NCBI GenBank assembly: GCA_963749495.1 | Contig: CAVVMW010000019.1 | Location: 224,001 to 288,000 of the forward strand | DNA length: 64,000 bases | Reading direction: 5' to 3' | Source of the DNA: an uncultured bacterium | GTDB lineage: Bacteria > Verrucomicrobiota > Verrucomicrobiia > Limisphaerales > UBA8199 | In this document: piece after piece, positions 20,839 through 30,181 of the stretch | How the letters are laid out: each line of letters begins with the position of its first letter | How positions within the stretch are numbered: position 1 is the stretch's first letter | Translations under genes and position numbers: made by a program | The notes under the pieces: model-generated | Told to the model about the DNA's origin: nothing | The model's input: the letters and a program-made list of their open reading frames with translations, nothing else | The model's database searches: none

Positions 20839-21042
20839 ATGCGCATCGAAATCGAACAAGAAGATGATGGACGCTGGCTGAGCGAGATCCCGGATCTGCC
20901 GGGCGTCATGGTTTACGGCGCGACGCGCGACGCCGCCGTGGCACGGGTAAAGGCGCTCGCGCTGCGGGTGCTCGCCGACCGGTTGGAGCACGGCGAGACG
21001 GTCCCCCCTACGGCGCCTGTCCCGCCCCTGCTTCGGCCTTAG
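20839..21042 (+). CDS. Orphan HicB family antitoxin; tail overlaps the nuoN 3' end
   Basis: IEIEQEDDGRWLSEIPDLPGVMVYGATRDAA...LADRLEHGE. Confidence 0.8.
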   Translation: MRIEIEQEDDGRWLSEIPDLPGVMVYGATRDAAVARVKALALRVLADRLEHGETVPPTAPVPPLLRP

Positions 21043-22516
21043 CTGGGGCAGACGGATGGGCCGCGAGGGCGGGGACGTTCGAGGGGGCGGCCAGGTGCAG
21101 GCGGGCGACGGAGGTTGAGAGGGTGTCCAGGACGCGGCCGGGGACGACGCCCAGAGCGAGGATGCCGCCGATGAGCAGGATGCAAAGGGCGCGGGTTGGC
21201 CAGTCCAGGCGGATGGCGGGCAAATCACCCGGGTCGCGGAACCAGGCCTCGCGGACGACACCCAGGTAGTAATAGACGGCGATGGCAGCGTTGACGACGG
21301 TGATGATGACGAGGGTGAGATGGCCTTTGTGAAGGGCAGCCGTGAGCAGGCTCAGCTTGCCCATGAACCCGACAAAGGGGGGCATGCCGGCCAGGGCGAA
21401 CACGCCCACGGCCAGGGTCAGGGCCAGCAACGGCGCGCGCCGGTGCAGGCCGGCCAGTTCCTCGATCGAGACATTGGCCCCGTCGCGCGACACCTTGCAG
21501 ATCACGACGAAGCAGGCCAGGACCATCAGGAGATAGCCGGTGATGTAATAGAGCGCGGCCGAGTAGCCGAGGTCATCCAGGGCGACGAATCCGATGAGCG
21601 CGTAGCCGGCGTGGGCGATGCCCGAGAAGCCCAGGAGACGTTTGAAATCTTTCTGGATGAGGGCGATGAGGTTGCCATAGAACATCGAGCCGGCGGCCAG
21701 GATGGTGAGCAGGAGGGCTAGTGTGCGGTTGTCGGGCGTGGCCAGCGATACCAGGCGGACCAGGACGGCCACGCCGCCGAGCTTGGGCAGCGAGGCGATC
21801 AGGCCGGCCGTCTCATTGGCCGCGCCCTGATAAACGTCCGGGGTCCAGAAATGGAACGGGAATATGGCCAGCTTGTAATAGAGGCCGCAGAGGGTCATCG
21901 CCAGGCCGGCGATGGCCGCCGGGGTGTGGATGACGGGCTCAAGCCTTGGCAGCAGGCTCGGCAGAGAGGTCGTGCCGGTCAGGCCGTAGAGGTAGCTCAG
22001 GCCGAAGAACATGATCCCGTTGGCGGCGATGCCGAACATCATGTACTTGATGGCGGATTCCATCTGGCTGCGCCGGCCCGCCCGCTCGCGCCGCATCGGG
22101 ACCAGCAGGTAGAGCGGAAAGGCCGAAACCTCGAGCGCCACCACCAGCGTGATGATGTCCACGCAACTGACCAGCATCGTCAGCCCGCACACGCTCAGCG
22201 TGAGAAACAGGTAATACTCCGGTTTGACCTCCTCGCGCACGTCCTCCAGCCCCCCGCTCAACAGGAGGATGAGCATCAGCCCGCAGGCGAAGACCAGCTT
22301 GAGGACCTGGGAAAAGAGGTCCACCGAATAGGCCCCGTCGAAGAGCGTCGCCTTCTGGCTCAAACAGACCGCCGCGGCGGCGATGGCCGCAAACGCGGTG
22401 GCCAGGGCGGCGGTCCTGGCCTGGCGCGTGCGAGATTCACCCAGCGCGATGAAAAAGAGCGCCAGGGCCCCCAGCAGCAGGACCAGTTCGGGCAGGAATG
22501 CTAAGAACGAGGACAT
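21008..22516 (-). CDS. nuoN: NADH-quinone oxidoreductase subunit N
   Basis: ESAIKY, YKLAIFPFHFWTPDVYQGA, KRLLGFSGIAHAGY, LAGMPPFVGF; internal ATG at 22516. Confidence 0.9.
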   Translation of the reverse strand: MSSFLAFLPELVLLLGALALFFIALGESRTRQARTAALATAFAAIAAAAVCLSQKATLFDGAYSVDLFSQVLKLVFACGLMLILLLSGGLEDVREEVKPEYYLFLTLSVCGLTMLVSCVDIITLVVALEVSAFPLYLLVPMRRERAGRRSQMESAIKYMMFGIAANGIMFFGLSYLYGLTGTTSLPSLLPRLEPVIHTPAAIAGLAMTLCGLYYKLAIFPFHFWTPDVYQGAANETAGLIASLPKLGGVAVLVRLVSLATPDNRTLALLLTILAAGSMFYGNLIALIQKDFKRLLGFSGIAHAGYALIGFVALDDLGYSAALYYITGYLLMVLACFVVICKVSRDGANVSIEELAGLHRRAPLLALTLAVGVFALAGMPPFVGFMGKLSLLTAALHKGHLTLVIITVVNAAIAVYYYLGVVREAWFRDPGDLPAIRLDWPTRALCILLIGGILALGVVPGRVLDTLSTSVARLHLAAPSNVPALAAHPSAPAKAEAGAGQAP

Positions 22517-24166
22517 GGGAGGGCAGAGGGTCGGGGGGCGAGGGTCGAGGGACCGGAGGCGGCAGTTTGGTCTGCGTGCGCCGGCGAGGCCCGGGAGTGC
22601 GCGCCCGTCCGACCTGTCGGACAGGTCGGACAGGTCCGACGGGTTCGGAGTTCGAATCTTCGGTTTCGCCTGGACCGCTGCGGACCGGGGTCCAGGGTGC
22701 TGGCCTTGTTCGAGCAGGTGGGCGACGCTGGCGTGCATGACGCGGGTAAAGGGCTCCGGGTGAAGGCCGATCCAAAAGACGAAGACCAGCAGCGGGGCCA
22801 GGGCAAAGACCTCGCGCCAGCAGAGGTCTTTGACGCGCGAATGGTCCGGATTGCGTGTGCCGCCGTAGGCGACCCGCTGCAGCATCCGCAGCATGTAAGC
22901 GGCCCCGAGCACGACACCGGGGACAACGCAGATCATCATCGGTTTGGAAACCATAAAGCCGCCGCTCATCACCAGGAACTCGCCGATAAAGCTGTTGGTC
23001 CCCGGAAAGGCCAGCGAGGAGAGCGCAAAGACGCCGGCGAAGGCGGCGAAGACGGGCATGGCCTTGCCCAGGCCGCTGGCCTGGGCCAAGTCGCGGGTGT
23101 GCAGCCGCTCATAGATGATGCCCACGATTATGAACAGCGCTCCGGTGGTGACGCCATGGTTGATCATGACCAGCATGGCCCCCTCGATCCCCATCTGGTT
23201 CAGGGCAAAGATGCCCAGCGTGGCAAAGCCCATGTGGGCGACGCTCGAGTAAGCGACCAGTTTCTTGAGGTCGGTCTGGGCCAGCGCGGTCAGGCCGCCA
23301 TAGATGATAGCGGCCACCGACAGGCACAGGATATAGGGCGTGAAGTATTGCGTGGCGTCCGGGGTGATCGGCAGCGAGAAGCGCAGGAACCCGTAGGTGC
23401 CCATCTTGAGCAGGACGCTGGCCAGCAGGACGCTGCCGGCGGTCGGGGCCTCGACGTGAGCGGCCGGGAGCCAGGTGTGGAACGGGAACATCGGGACCTT
23501 GATGGCGAACGAGATGAAGAATGCCAGGAACACCCAGTATTGGAACGGCAGCGAGTAGGGCTGGCCCATCAGGTCCGGGATGTAAAAGGTGTGCCGCTGG
23601 GTATAGAGGGCAATAATCGCGACCAGCAGGAAGACCGAGCCTGCCATGGTGTAGATGAAGAACTTGAGCGCGGCGTAGATCTTGCGCGGCCCGCCCCAGA
23701 TGCCAATGAGCAGGGCCATGGGGATGAGCATCGCTTCCCAAAAGACGAAGAACAGGACGAAATCCAGGGCGCAGAACACGCCGGTCATGGCCGTTTGCAT
23801 GATGAGCAGGCAGATCATGAACTCCTTGAGGCGGCTCTGGATATAGCGCCACGAGGCGAGCACGCACAGCGGCATGATCAGCGTCGTCAATAAGACCAGC
23901 AGGAGGCTGATGCCGTCAATGCCCAAGCTGTAGCGGATGCCCAGGGTGGGAACCCACGCGGCGTTTTCGACGAACTGGAAGGCCGATTTCGAGGAGTCGA
24001 AACCACAGTAGAGCGCGAGCGAGAGCAGGGCGATGAGGGTGGTTGAGGCCAGCGCCCACCAGCGCAGGAGGTTCTCACGCCTGAGGAACGCGGCCACCGC
24101 CGCAGCCGCCAGCGGGCTGAAGATCAGGATGCTCAGGAGGTGAGAGGTGGAGCCTGGGTCAGTCAT
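22517..24166 (-). CDS. nuoM: NADH-quinone oxidoreductase subunit M (no stop; reads through a repeat linker into nuoN)
   Basis: GIDGIS, FFVFWE, KVPMFPFHTWLPAAHVEAP, LKMGTYG, AYSSVAHMG. Confidence 0.9.
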
Positions 24167-24331
24167 GATAAAGGTCCTGGGCGGGTTTTAGACGTTGGTT
24201 CAGAAGCAAACGGACGCGAGGGGCGAGGGGCGAGGGGCAAACCCACCGGACCCCCTCGACCCTCGACCCTCGACACTCCTGTCCGGAGGCTCTTGAACCA
24301 AGGTCTAAGAACTGCGATCTATTCGTTTTCA

Positions 24332-26128
24332 TCACCGGTACACAAACAAGACAAACGCCACAATAAGGATGGCGGTGACGGCGAAGGCGAAGGCGAGGTT
24401 CTGCTGCATCTGGCCGCGCTGGGCCAGGCGCAGGCTGCGCCCCAGGTCGCGGACCGACTCGGCCAGGCCGTCCACGATGCCATCGATGATGTTGTTGTCG
24501 AACCGGCCGGCCAGGCGGGCGGTGAGCATGAGCGGGACGAGGCCGGCCAGGCGATAGAGTTCGCCCACCAGGGTGTCGGCCCATTGCAAGGGCTTGCGCG
24601 CCAGCCAAAGGAAGGCGCGCCCGCCCTTGCGATAAAACCAATCCATGTCCAGGCTGATGACGGCCTCGGGCTTGAGCTTCTTGATGAGCAGGAAGAAGCC
24701 CAGGGCGGTAAAGAGCAGGATCTGGAGGGTCTCGAAGACGTGATAGGGGGCGTAGGGATGGTATTGGGCGGCCAACTCCGGGTGCGGCAGCATCTGATAG
24801 AGATAGGGCGTGTAGCAGCCGATGAAGATGCACAGGAACGAGGCGATGGCCATGGCCCACATCATGTTGCCGGGCGGCTCGGCGGCCCGTTCCCAGACCT
24901 CGTTCTTGGGCTTGTTTTTGCCGAACCAGATGAAGTAGGGGACCTTCAGGCCGGTATGGAGGAATGTGCCCGACGAGGCGAGCATGAGCAGGAACCCGGC
25001 CCAGTATCTGTGCTCCTCGAACCCGGCGGAGACGATCATGGACTTGCTCACAAAACCGCTGAACAAGGGGAAGGCGGAGATGGAGAGGCCGCCGATCAGG
25101 GTGAAGACGAAGGTCCAGGGCATTTTTCGCCACAGGCCGCCCAGTTCGGTGAACTTGCTCTGGCCGGTCATGTAGAGGACGGAGCCGCAGCCCATGAACA
25201 GGAGGCCCTTGTAAAGGATGTGGGCGAAGGCATGGGCGCAGGCGCCGTTGATGGCCATGTCGGTGCCGATGCCGACGCCGGCGACCATGTAGCCGACCTG
25301 GCTGATGATGTGGTAGGCCAGCAGGCGGCGGCAGTCATTCTCGAGCACGGCATAGACCACGCCGTAGAGGGCCATGATGACGCCCAGGTAAATGAGGATG
25401 TCCATGCCGGCAAAGCTGCGGCACAGGGCGTACACGGCGGTCTTGGTCGTGAAAGCGCACAGGAAGACCGAGCCGTTGAACGTGGCCTCGCCGTAGGCGT
25501 CCGGCAGCCAGGCATGGAGTGGCGGCACCGCCGCATTGAGCAGGAAGCCGCCCAGGATGAGATACATGGCGGGCGTCGGATGGTGAATATCCAACTGGTC
25601 GAAGGCCCAACTGCCCTGCGCCTTGCAGTAGAGCACCATGCCCGCCAGCAGCATCAGGCCACCGAACACGTGGACCAGCAAATACCGATAGCCCGCCCGG
25701 AGCGATTCGGGCCTGCCCCGGAACCAGACCAGGAACACCGAGGAAAAGGCCATCAGTTCCCAGAACAGGAACAGGGTGATGAAATCTCCGGCGTAAATGG
25801 CGCCCAGCGAGCCGGCCACGTAGATCCAGGCGGCGGCATGCTGGGCGTTGTCCTTCACGTGCATTCCATAAAGGGTGCTCAGGATGCACATCAACCCCAT
25901 GATGTGGCCGAAAACCGAACTGAGCGCATCAACCCGGCCGAAGATCAGGGACCAGTCCAGGAACGTCACAACGCCGAACGTGCCATGGGTGCGTGCCATG
26001 AAGACAATTCGCGCAAAGACCAGTATCGGCACCAGCAGCAGGCAGGCCCTCTTGAGGCGCGCCGGCACCAGGAACAGCAGCACGCTGCCCAGCAGCAGAA
26101 TCAGGCAAGGGTGGAGCCAGAAGGTCAT
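24332..26128 (-). CDS. Antiporter-type subunit with NuoL-like C-terminal helix (MrpD/NuoL-like)
   Basis: FWELMA, LHAWLPDAY, LLAYHIISQVGYM; C-terminal FDNNIIDGIVDG...LRLAQRGQMQ. Confidence 0.8.
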   Translation of the reverse strand: MTFWLHPCLILLLGSVLLFLVPARLKRACLLLVPILVFARIVFMARTHGTFGVVTFLDWSLIFGRVDALSSVFGHIMGLMCILSTLYGMHVKDNAQHAAAWIYVAGSLGAIYAGDFITLFLFWELMAFSSVFLVWFRGRPESLRAGYRYLLVHVFGGLMLLAGMVLYCKAQGSWAFDQLDIHHPTPAMYLILGGFLLNAAVPPLHAWLPDAYGEATFNGSVFLCAFTTKTAVYALCRSFAGMDILIYLGVIMALYGVVYAVLENDCRRLLAYHIISQVGYMVAGVGIGTDMAINGACAHAFAHILYKGLLFMGCGSVLYMTGQSKFTELGGLWRKMPWTFVFTLIGGLSISAFPLFSGFVSKSMIVSAGFEEHRYWAGFLLMLASSGTFLHTGLKVPYFIWFGKNKPKNEVWERAAEPPGNMMWAMAIASFLCIFIGCYTPYLYQMLPHPELAAQYHPYAPYHVFETLQILLFTALGFFLLIKKLKPEAVISLDMDWFYRKGGRAFLWLARKPLQWADTLVGELYRLAGLVPLMLTARLAGRFDNNIIDGIVDGLAESVRDLGRSLRLAQRGQMQQNLAFAFAVTAILIVAFVLFVYR

Positions 26129-26406
26129 TCAGACTCCTCCTTCTTCTCTCCAGGGGTCTCGTAATAATCCTCCCTGGTCATGATTCCCGCGTGGCCGTAC
26201 CACTTGGAGAGGATGACGATGAGGGCGCAGCCGATGAAACCGAAGGCGGCCCAGAAGAAGGGAAACCGCTCGACGCCGGTGTGGGCGTGGGTCTTGGGGA
26301 CAAAGGCGATATCGAGCACGACCACCAGGGCCAGCAGCCCGATGCAGGCGCGGATGACGGTCTTGAGGCGGTTGCGCAGGAACTCGATGAGCTTGGCCAG
26401 TTTCAT
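26125..26406 (-). CDS. Small two-TM membrane protein of the complex
   Basis: MKLAKL...FWAAFGFIGC...REDYYE; ATGA overlaps with both neighbours. Confidence 0.75.
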   Translation of the reverse strand: MKLAKLIEFLRNRLKTVIRACIGLLALVVVLDIAFVPKTHAHTGVERFPFFWAAFGFIGCALIVILSKWYGHAGIMTREDYYETPGEKKEESE

Positions 26407-27887
26407 GGAAAGAGCCGTTGAACGAAGTTCATGAAGAAGCCCGGGTAGAGCCCGATGGCGACCGAGATGACGGCCGTGACCACCAGCGGGACGACCAGCG
26501 CCGGATGGGCCTCGGCGAATCGGTGTCCGCTGTCGGCCTCCGAGGTTTTGCCGAAGAACCCCTGATAGACGACCGGGGCGAAGTAGGCGGCGTTGAGCAG
26601 GGTGCTGACCAGGAGCACGATGATGATGCCGATGGCATGGGCATCCAGGGCCCCGTTCAGGAGATACCATTTGGTGACGAACCCGGCGACCGGCGGGGCG
26701 CCGATCATGCTGAGCGAGGCCAGGGCAAAGGCGCCGAAGGTGAACGGCATGACCCGGCCCAGGCCGCTCATCTCGGAGATCTTTTTCTTGCGAGTGGCAA
26801 CGTAAATCGCCCCGGCGCAGAAGAAGAGGGTAATCTTGGAGAAGGCATGATTGGCGATATGGATGACGCCGCCCTTGATGCCGGCATCGCTCAGCAACGC
26901 CACGCCCAGGATGATGTAGGAGAGCTGGCTCACGGTCGAATAGGCCAGCCGGGCCTTGAGGTCGTCTTTGCTCAGGGCAACAATCGAGGCAACCACGATG
27001 GTGAACGACACGAAATAGGCGGTGGGCAGCCCCAGATTGCAGGCGCCCATCAGGTCGGTCCCGAAGACATAGAGCATCACGCGGACGGTCGAGAAGACGC
27101 CGACCTTGACGACGGCGACGGCATGGAGCAGGGCGCTGACGGGCGTGGGGGCGACCATGGCGCTGGGCAGCCAGTTGTGGAAGGGCATCACGGCGTTCTT
27201 GGCAAACCCCAGGATGCAGCAGGCATAAAGGGCGGTGACCACCCAGCGATTGTACGGCGCGGGGAAGATGCCTGTGTGGGTGTTGCCCGCGAAGTCGAGC
27301 GTGCCGGTCAGCACATAGATCAGGACCATGGCCGGCAGGACCAGGCCCTTGGCGGTGCCGGTGAGGTAGGTCAGATACTTCTGGCCGCTCTCGTAGCCCT
27401 CCTCGTCCTGGTGATGGGCCACCAGGGGATATGTGCAGATGCTCACGATCTCGTAGAACATGTAGAGCGTCAGCAGATTGTCCGAGAAGGCGCACCCGAC
27501 GGCCCCAAAGAGCGCCAGGGCAAAACAGGTGTTGAAGCGCGTCTGCGCGTGCTCGTGCAGCCCGCGCATGTAACCGGCCGAGTAAAACACCGTCACCACC
27601 CATAGGAACGAGGCGGAGACAGCGAAGACCATCGAGAGGGCGTCGGCGCGCAGGGCGAGCCGCAAACCGCTGCCGCCATTAGTGCCGGGCAGCAGTTGGA
27701 AAAGCGTGAAGTGCAGCTTCGCCCCGTGGAGGACGTCGGGGATCATCCAGGCAACGGTGCCGAAAAGAGTGGCGGCGGCCAGAAACGAGCAGGTCTCGCG
27801 CAGGTTGGGCCGTTTGCCGGCGCCCATGACCAGGCCCGCCCCGAGCAGCGGCGCCAGGATGGCCAGGAGGAGTCGAATGTCGTGCAT
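26403..27887 (-). CDS. Monovalent cation/H+ antiporter subunit D (MrpD/MnhD-like)
   Basis: MPFHNWLPSAMVAPTPVSALLHAVAVVK, LAYSTVSQL, NHAFSK. Confidence 0.85.
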   Translation of the reverse strand: MHDIRLLLAILAPLLGAGLVMGAGKRPNLRETCSFLAAATLFGTVAWMIPDVLHGAKLHFTLFQLLPGTNGGSGLRLALRADALSMVFAVSASFLWVVTVFYSAGYMRGLHEHAQTRFNTCFALALFGAVGCAFSDNLLTLYMFYEIVSICTYPLVAHHQDEEGYESGQKYLTYLTGTAKGLVLPAMVLIYVLTGTLDFAGNTHTGIFPAPYNRWVVTALYACCILGFAKNAVMPFHNWLPSAMVAPTPVSALLHAVAVVKVGVFSTVRVMLYVFGTDLMGACNLGLPTAYFVSFTIVVASIVALSKDDLKARLAYSTVSQLSYIILGVALLSDAGIKGGVIHIANHAFSKITLFFCAGAIYVATRKKKISEMSGLGRVMPFTFGAFALASLSMIGAPPVAGFVTKWYLLNGALDAHAIGIIIVLLVSTLLNAAYFAPVVYQGFFGKTSEADSGHRFAEAHPALVVPLVVTAVISVAIGLYPGFFMNFVQRLFP

Positions 27888-27999
27888 GGAATTAGGTTGG
27901 GCGGGTGTGCGAAACAAGTGTCACAGCGCTCATGGACGCGTGCTTGAGCTCACACACAGGAGACGCTTTTTCCAGTCCATCGGGCGGGCCCCAGTCCCC

Positions 28000-28209
28000 G
28001 GCCCGAAGGGCCGGCAGAGCCCAGCCCAGGGCTGAGGCCGCCAGGCCGATGCCCTGGGGAACGGGCTTTGCGACATCCCGAGCGCCCTGAAAGGGCGCCA
28101 GAGCGCTCTGGCGCCCCTTCAGGACGCTCGGCCCCTGCTTGCGGCTTAACCCAGGGCATCGGCCTGACGGCCTCAGCCCTGGGCTAGGTTCTGGCGGCCC
28201 GTTGGGCCG
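28000..28209. repeat. REPIN-like palindromic element family D
   Basis: agcccagggctgaggccg.caggccgatgccctggg mirrored; second copy at 46699-46904. Confidence 0.85.
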
Positions 28210-28284
28210 CAATGCAAGGCACGAGTGGCGGCTCATTCTTCCTGTAGTCAATTTGCAACGTGACATACCTTCTTGCGTCTGCAG

Positions 28285-28608
28285 CTACCCATTGAGCTCC
28301 GAGAGTTCCCGTGTCTCGACCGAGCGGTAATTGCGATAGACCGCCACGATGATGCTCAGCGCAATGGCCACCTCGGCGGCGGACAGGCCCATGATGAAGA
28401 GCACGAAGATCTGGCCCACCGCCCGGTCATGCACAGTAAACCGGTTGAAGGCCATCAGGTTGAGCGAGGCGGCCGAAAAGATCAGCTCGCCCGAAATGAG
28501 CATCCCGATCAGCGTGCGGCGCCGGACCAATCCATAGATGCCGACGGCCAGGAGGAAGGCGGCCGTTATCAAGTAAACGTCGAGTTGATCGTAGAGAGGA
28601 GGGCTCAT
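28285..28608 (-). CDS. nuoK: NADH-quinone oxidoreductase subunit K
   Basis: LISGELI..AASLN...GQIF.LF...AAEVAIAL. Confidence 0.9.
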   Translation of the reverse strand: MSPPLYDQLDVYLITAAFLLAVGIYGLVRRRTLIGMLISGELIFSAASLNLMAFNRFTVHDRAVGQIFVLFIMGLSAAEVAIALSIIVAVYRNYRSVETRELSELNG

Positions 28609-28628
28609 AAGCATTCAGGTTTGGGTCT

Positions 28629-29162
28629 TCACGGCTTGGCCCTCCCGGTTCGGGCGACGGCCAGCGCGCCGATAATGGCGATGAGCAAGGCGAGCGAGAT
28701 CAACTCGAACGCGAGGCTGTAGGTTGTGAGCAGGGAAATGCCTATGGCCTTGACTGACCCGTCATGGATGGGGGCCTCGGGCACCGGCCAGTTGGCGCGC
28801 GCGCCCAGCCGGCACAGGCCCCAGAAGATGGCGCCCGCAACCGCCAGCGCTGCCCCGCCCCAGATCAACACGGCGCCCGGCTTCTCCCAGTTCGCAGGCT
28901 CTTCCGGCTCGGCGAGCATGACGGCAAAGACGATGGTAACGCAGACCGCGCCCACGTAGATGAGGATCTCCATCAAGGCCAGGAAGGGGCTGTGCAGAAA
29001 GTAATAGAGCCCGGCCAGGCCGACGCAGCAGATCGCCAGGCCGCACACGCTGCGAATGAGCCGGGCGCTCAGGACCGCTATCAACGCCCCAACGCCCAGC
29101 GTCACCAGGCACAGGATGAAGATCGCGGTAACGATCAGGTTGGAGGCGGGGAACGAGTTCAC
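28629..29162 (-). CDS. nuoJ: NADH-quinone oxidoreductase subunit J
   Basis: ILIYVGAV..FAVML, FELISLALL; GTG start overlaps the nuoI stop. Confidence 0.85.
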   Translation of the reverse strand: MNSFPASNLIVTAIFILCLVTLGVGALIAVLSARLIRSVCGLAICCVGLAGLYYFLHSPFLALMEILIYVGAVCVTIVFAVMLAEPEEPANWEKPGAVLIWGGAALAVAGAIFWGLCRLGARANWPVPEAPIHDGSVKAIGISLLTTYSLAFELISLALLIAIIGALAVARTGRAKP

Positions 29163-29935
29163 GAGCCGAGGCCTCCGCTTTGGAGGGCGTATCCCGACAT
29201 TGCCCCATCCGCCGGGGGCCGGACCGGAGTGCGCCCGTCCCCGGGCGCAGCGACGTCCGGAGCCGGGGCAGCGGTCAAACACTCCAGCGCGCCTGCCCGC
29301 TCCGTCGCTGCTGCGCCCGGGGACGGGCGCACTCCGGGGACAGTGCCAGGATGCGCCCCGGCTTGGGCCGCCCCGATCAACTGGCTTGCCTGCTTTGGTT
29401 CGGTTGCCCTCGCGGCCCCGGCCGTCGCTTCCGCCAGTTGCTCCGCCTTCCGTCCTCCGTCCTCCGTCCTCTGGCCTCCGACCTCCGGCACGGGCTTGCC
29501 TTGCTGCGCCCAGAAGCGGCAGATCAGGTCGAAATGAAACTCCTCCTTGCTCAGGCCGGCGAGGTTGTAATCGCGGGAGAAGCGGATGGCCCCCTCCCGG
29601 CAGACCTCGACGCAGGCCCCGCAGAGGCTGCACTTGGTGAAATCAAGCCGGTAGCTGGTGACGCTCTTGCGCTTGTCGCCTTCGAACTTGGTGCCCTCGA
29701 CGGCGATGCAGTCGCTGGGGCAGGCCTTCTGGCAGAGCTTGCAGACAAAGCAGAGCGGCTTGCCCGTCTCAGGGTTGCCCACCAACTCGATGTGCCCGCG
29801 GTAGCGCGCGGGAATCTTCAGGGTCTGGCGTGGATAGTGGACGGTCACCTTGGCCTTGAAGAACTGGCCGAGGGTGATGCGCATGCCGATGAGCAGGCTC
29901 TTGAATCCGGTATAGACTTCGCTGAAAGGGTTCAT
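29159..29935 (-). CDS. nuoI: NADH-quinone oxidoreductase subunit I with repeat-derived C-terminal extension
   Basis: Two CxxCxxCxxxC motifs (CFVCKLCQKACP, CSLCGACVEVC). Confidence 0.9.
   Translation of the reverse strand: MNPFSEVYTGFKSLLIGMRITLGQFFKAKVTVHYPRQTLKIPARYRGHIELVGNPETGKPLCFVCKLCQKACPSDCIAVEGTKFEGDKRKSVTSYRLDFTKCSLCGACVEVCREGAIRFSRDYNLAGLSKEEFHFDLICRFWAQQGKPVPEVGGQRTEDGGRKAEQLAEATAGAARATEPKQASQLIGAAQAGAHPGTVPGVRPSPGAAATERAGALECLTAAPAPDVAAPGDGRTPVRPPADGAMSGYALQSGGLGS
29186..29357. repeat. Palindromic element family E inside nuoI
   Basis: ccggagtgcgcccgtccccgggcgcagc...gctgcgcccggggacgggcgcactccgg; second copy at 45763-45933. Confidence 0.85.
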
Positions 29936-29985
29936 GACGCGCAAGTCAGTTTTTGGATAAGTGTTTGGGCCGAGACGCCGGGTTT

Positions 29986-30131
29986 CCCCTCACCCCGGCC
30001 CTCTCCCCATCGGATGGGGAGAGGGAGCAGCAACGGCTGGTTGTCGCAAGCGGCAACGCGCTGCGATGCGTCGAGTGGCGGGCGGCGGCCCACCCTCTCC
30101 CCATCCGATGGGGAGAGGGCCGGGGTGAGGG
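29986..30131. repeat. Palindromic REP family F
   Basis: ccctcaccccggccctctccccatcggatggggagaggg ... mirrored; related arms at 38797-38839 and 40906-40979. Confidence 0.85.
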
Positions 30132-30181
30132 GCCGCGGCGACCGGTCGTGAAGAGCTGCGGCAGATTGGCGCAAACCCAGT

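Noticed and set aside
19300..21050. Integron cassette array
   Set aside because: No integron integrase, no recognisable attC sites, and genes are in mixed orientation.
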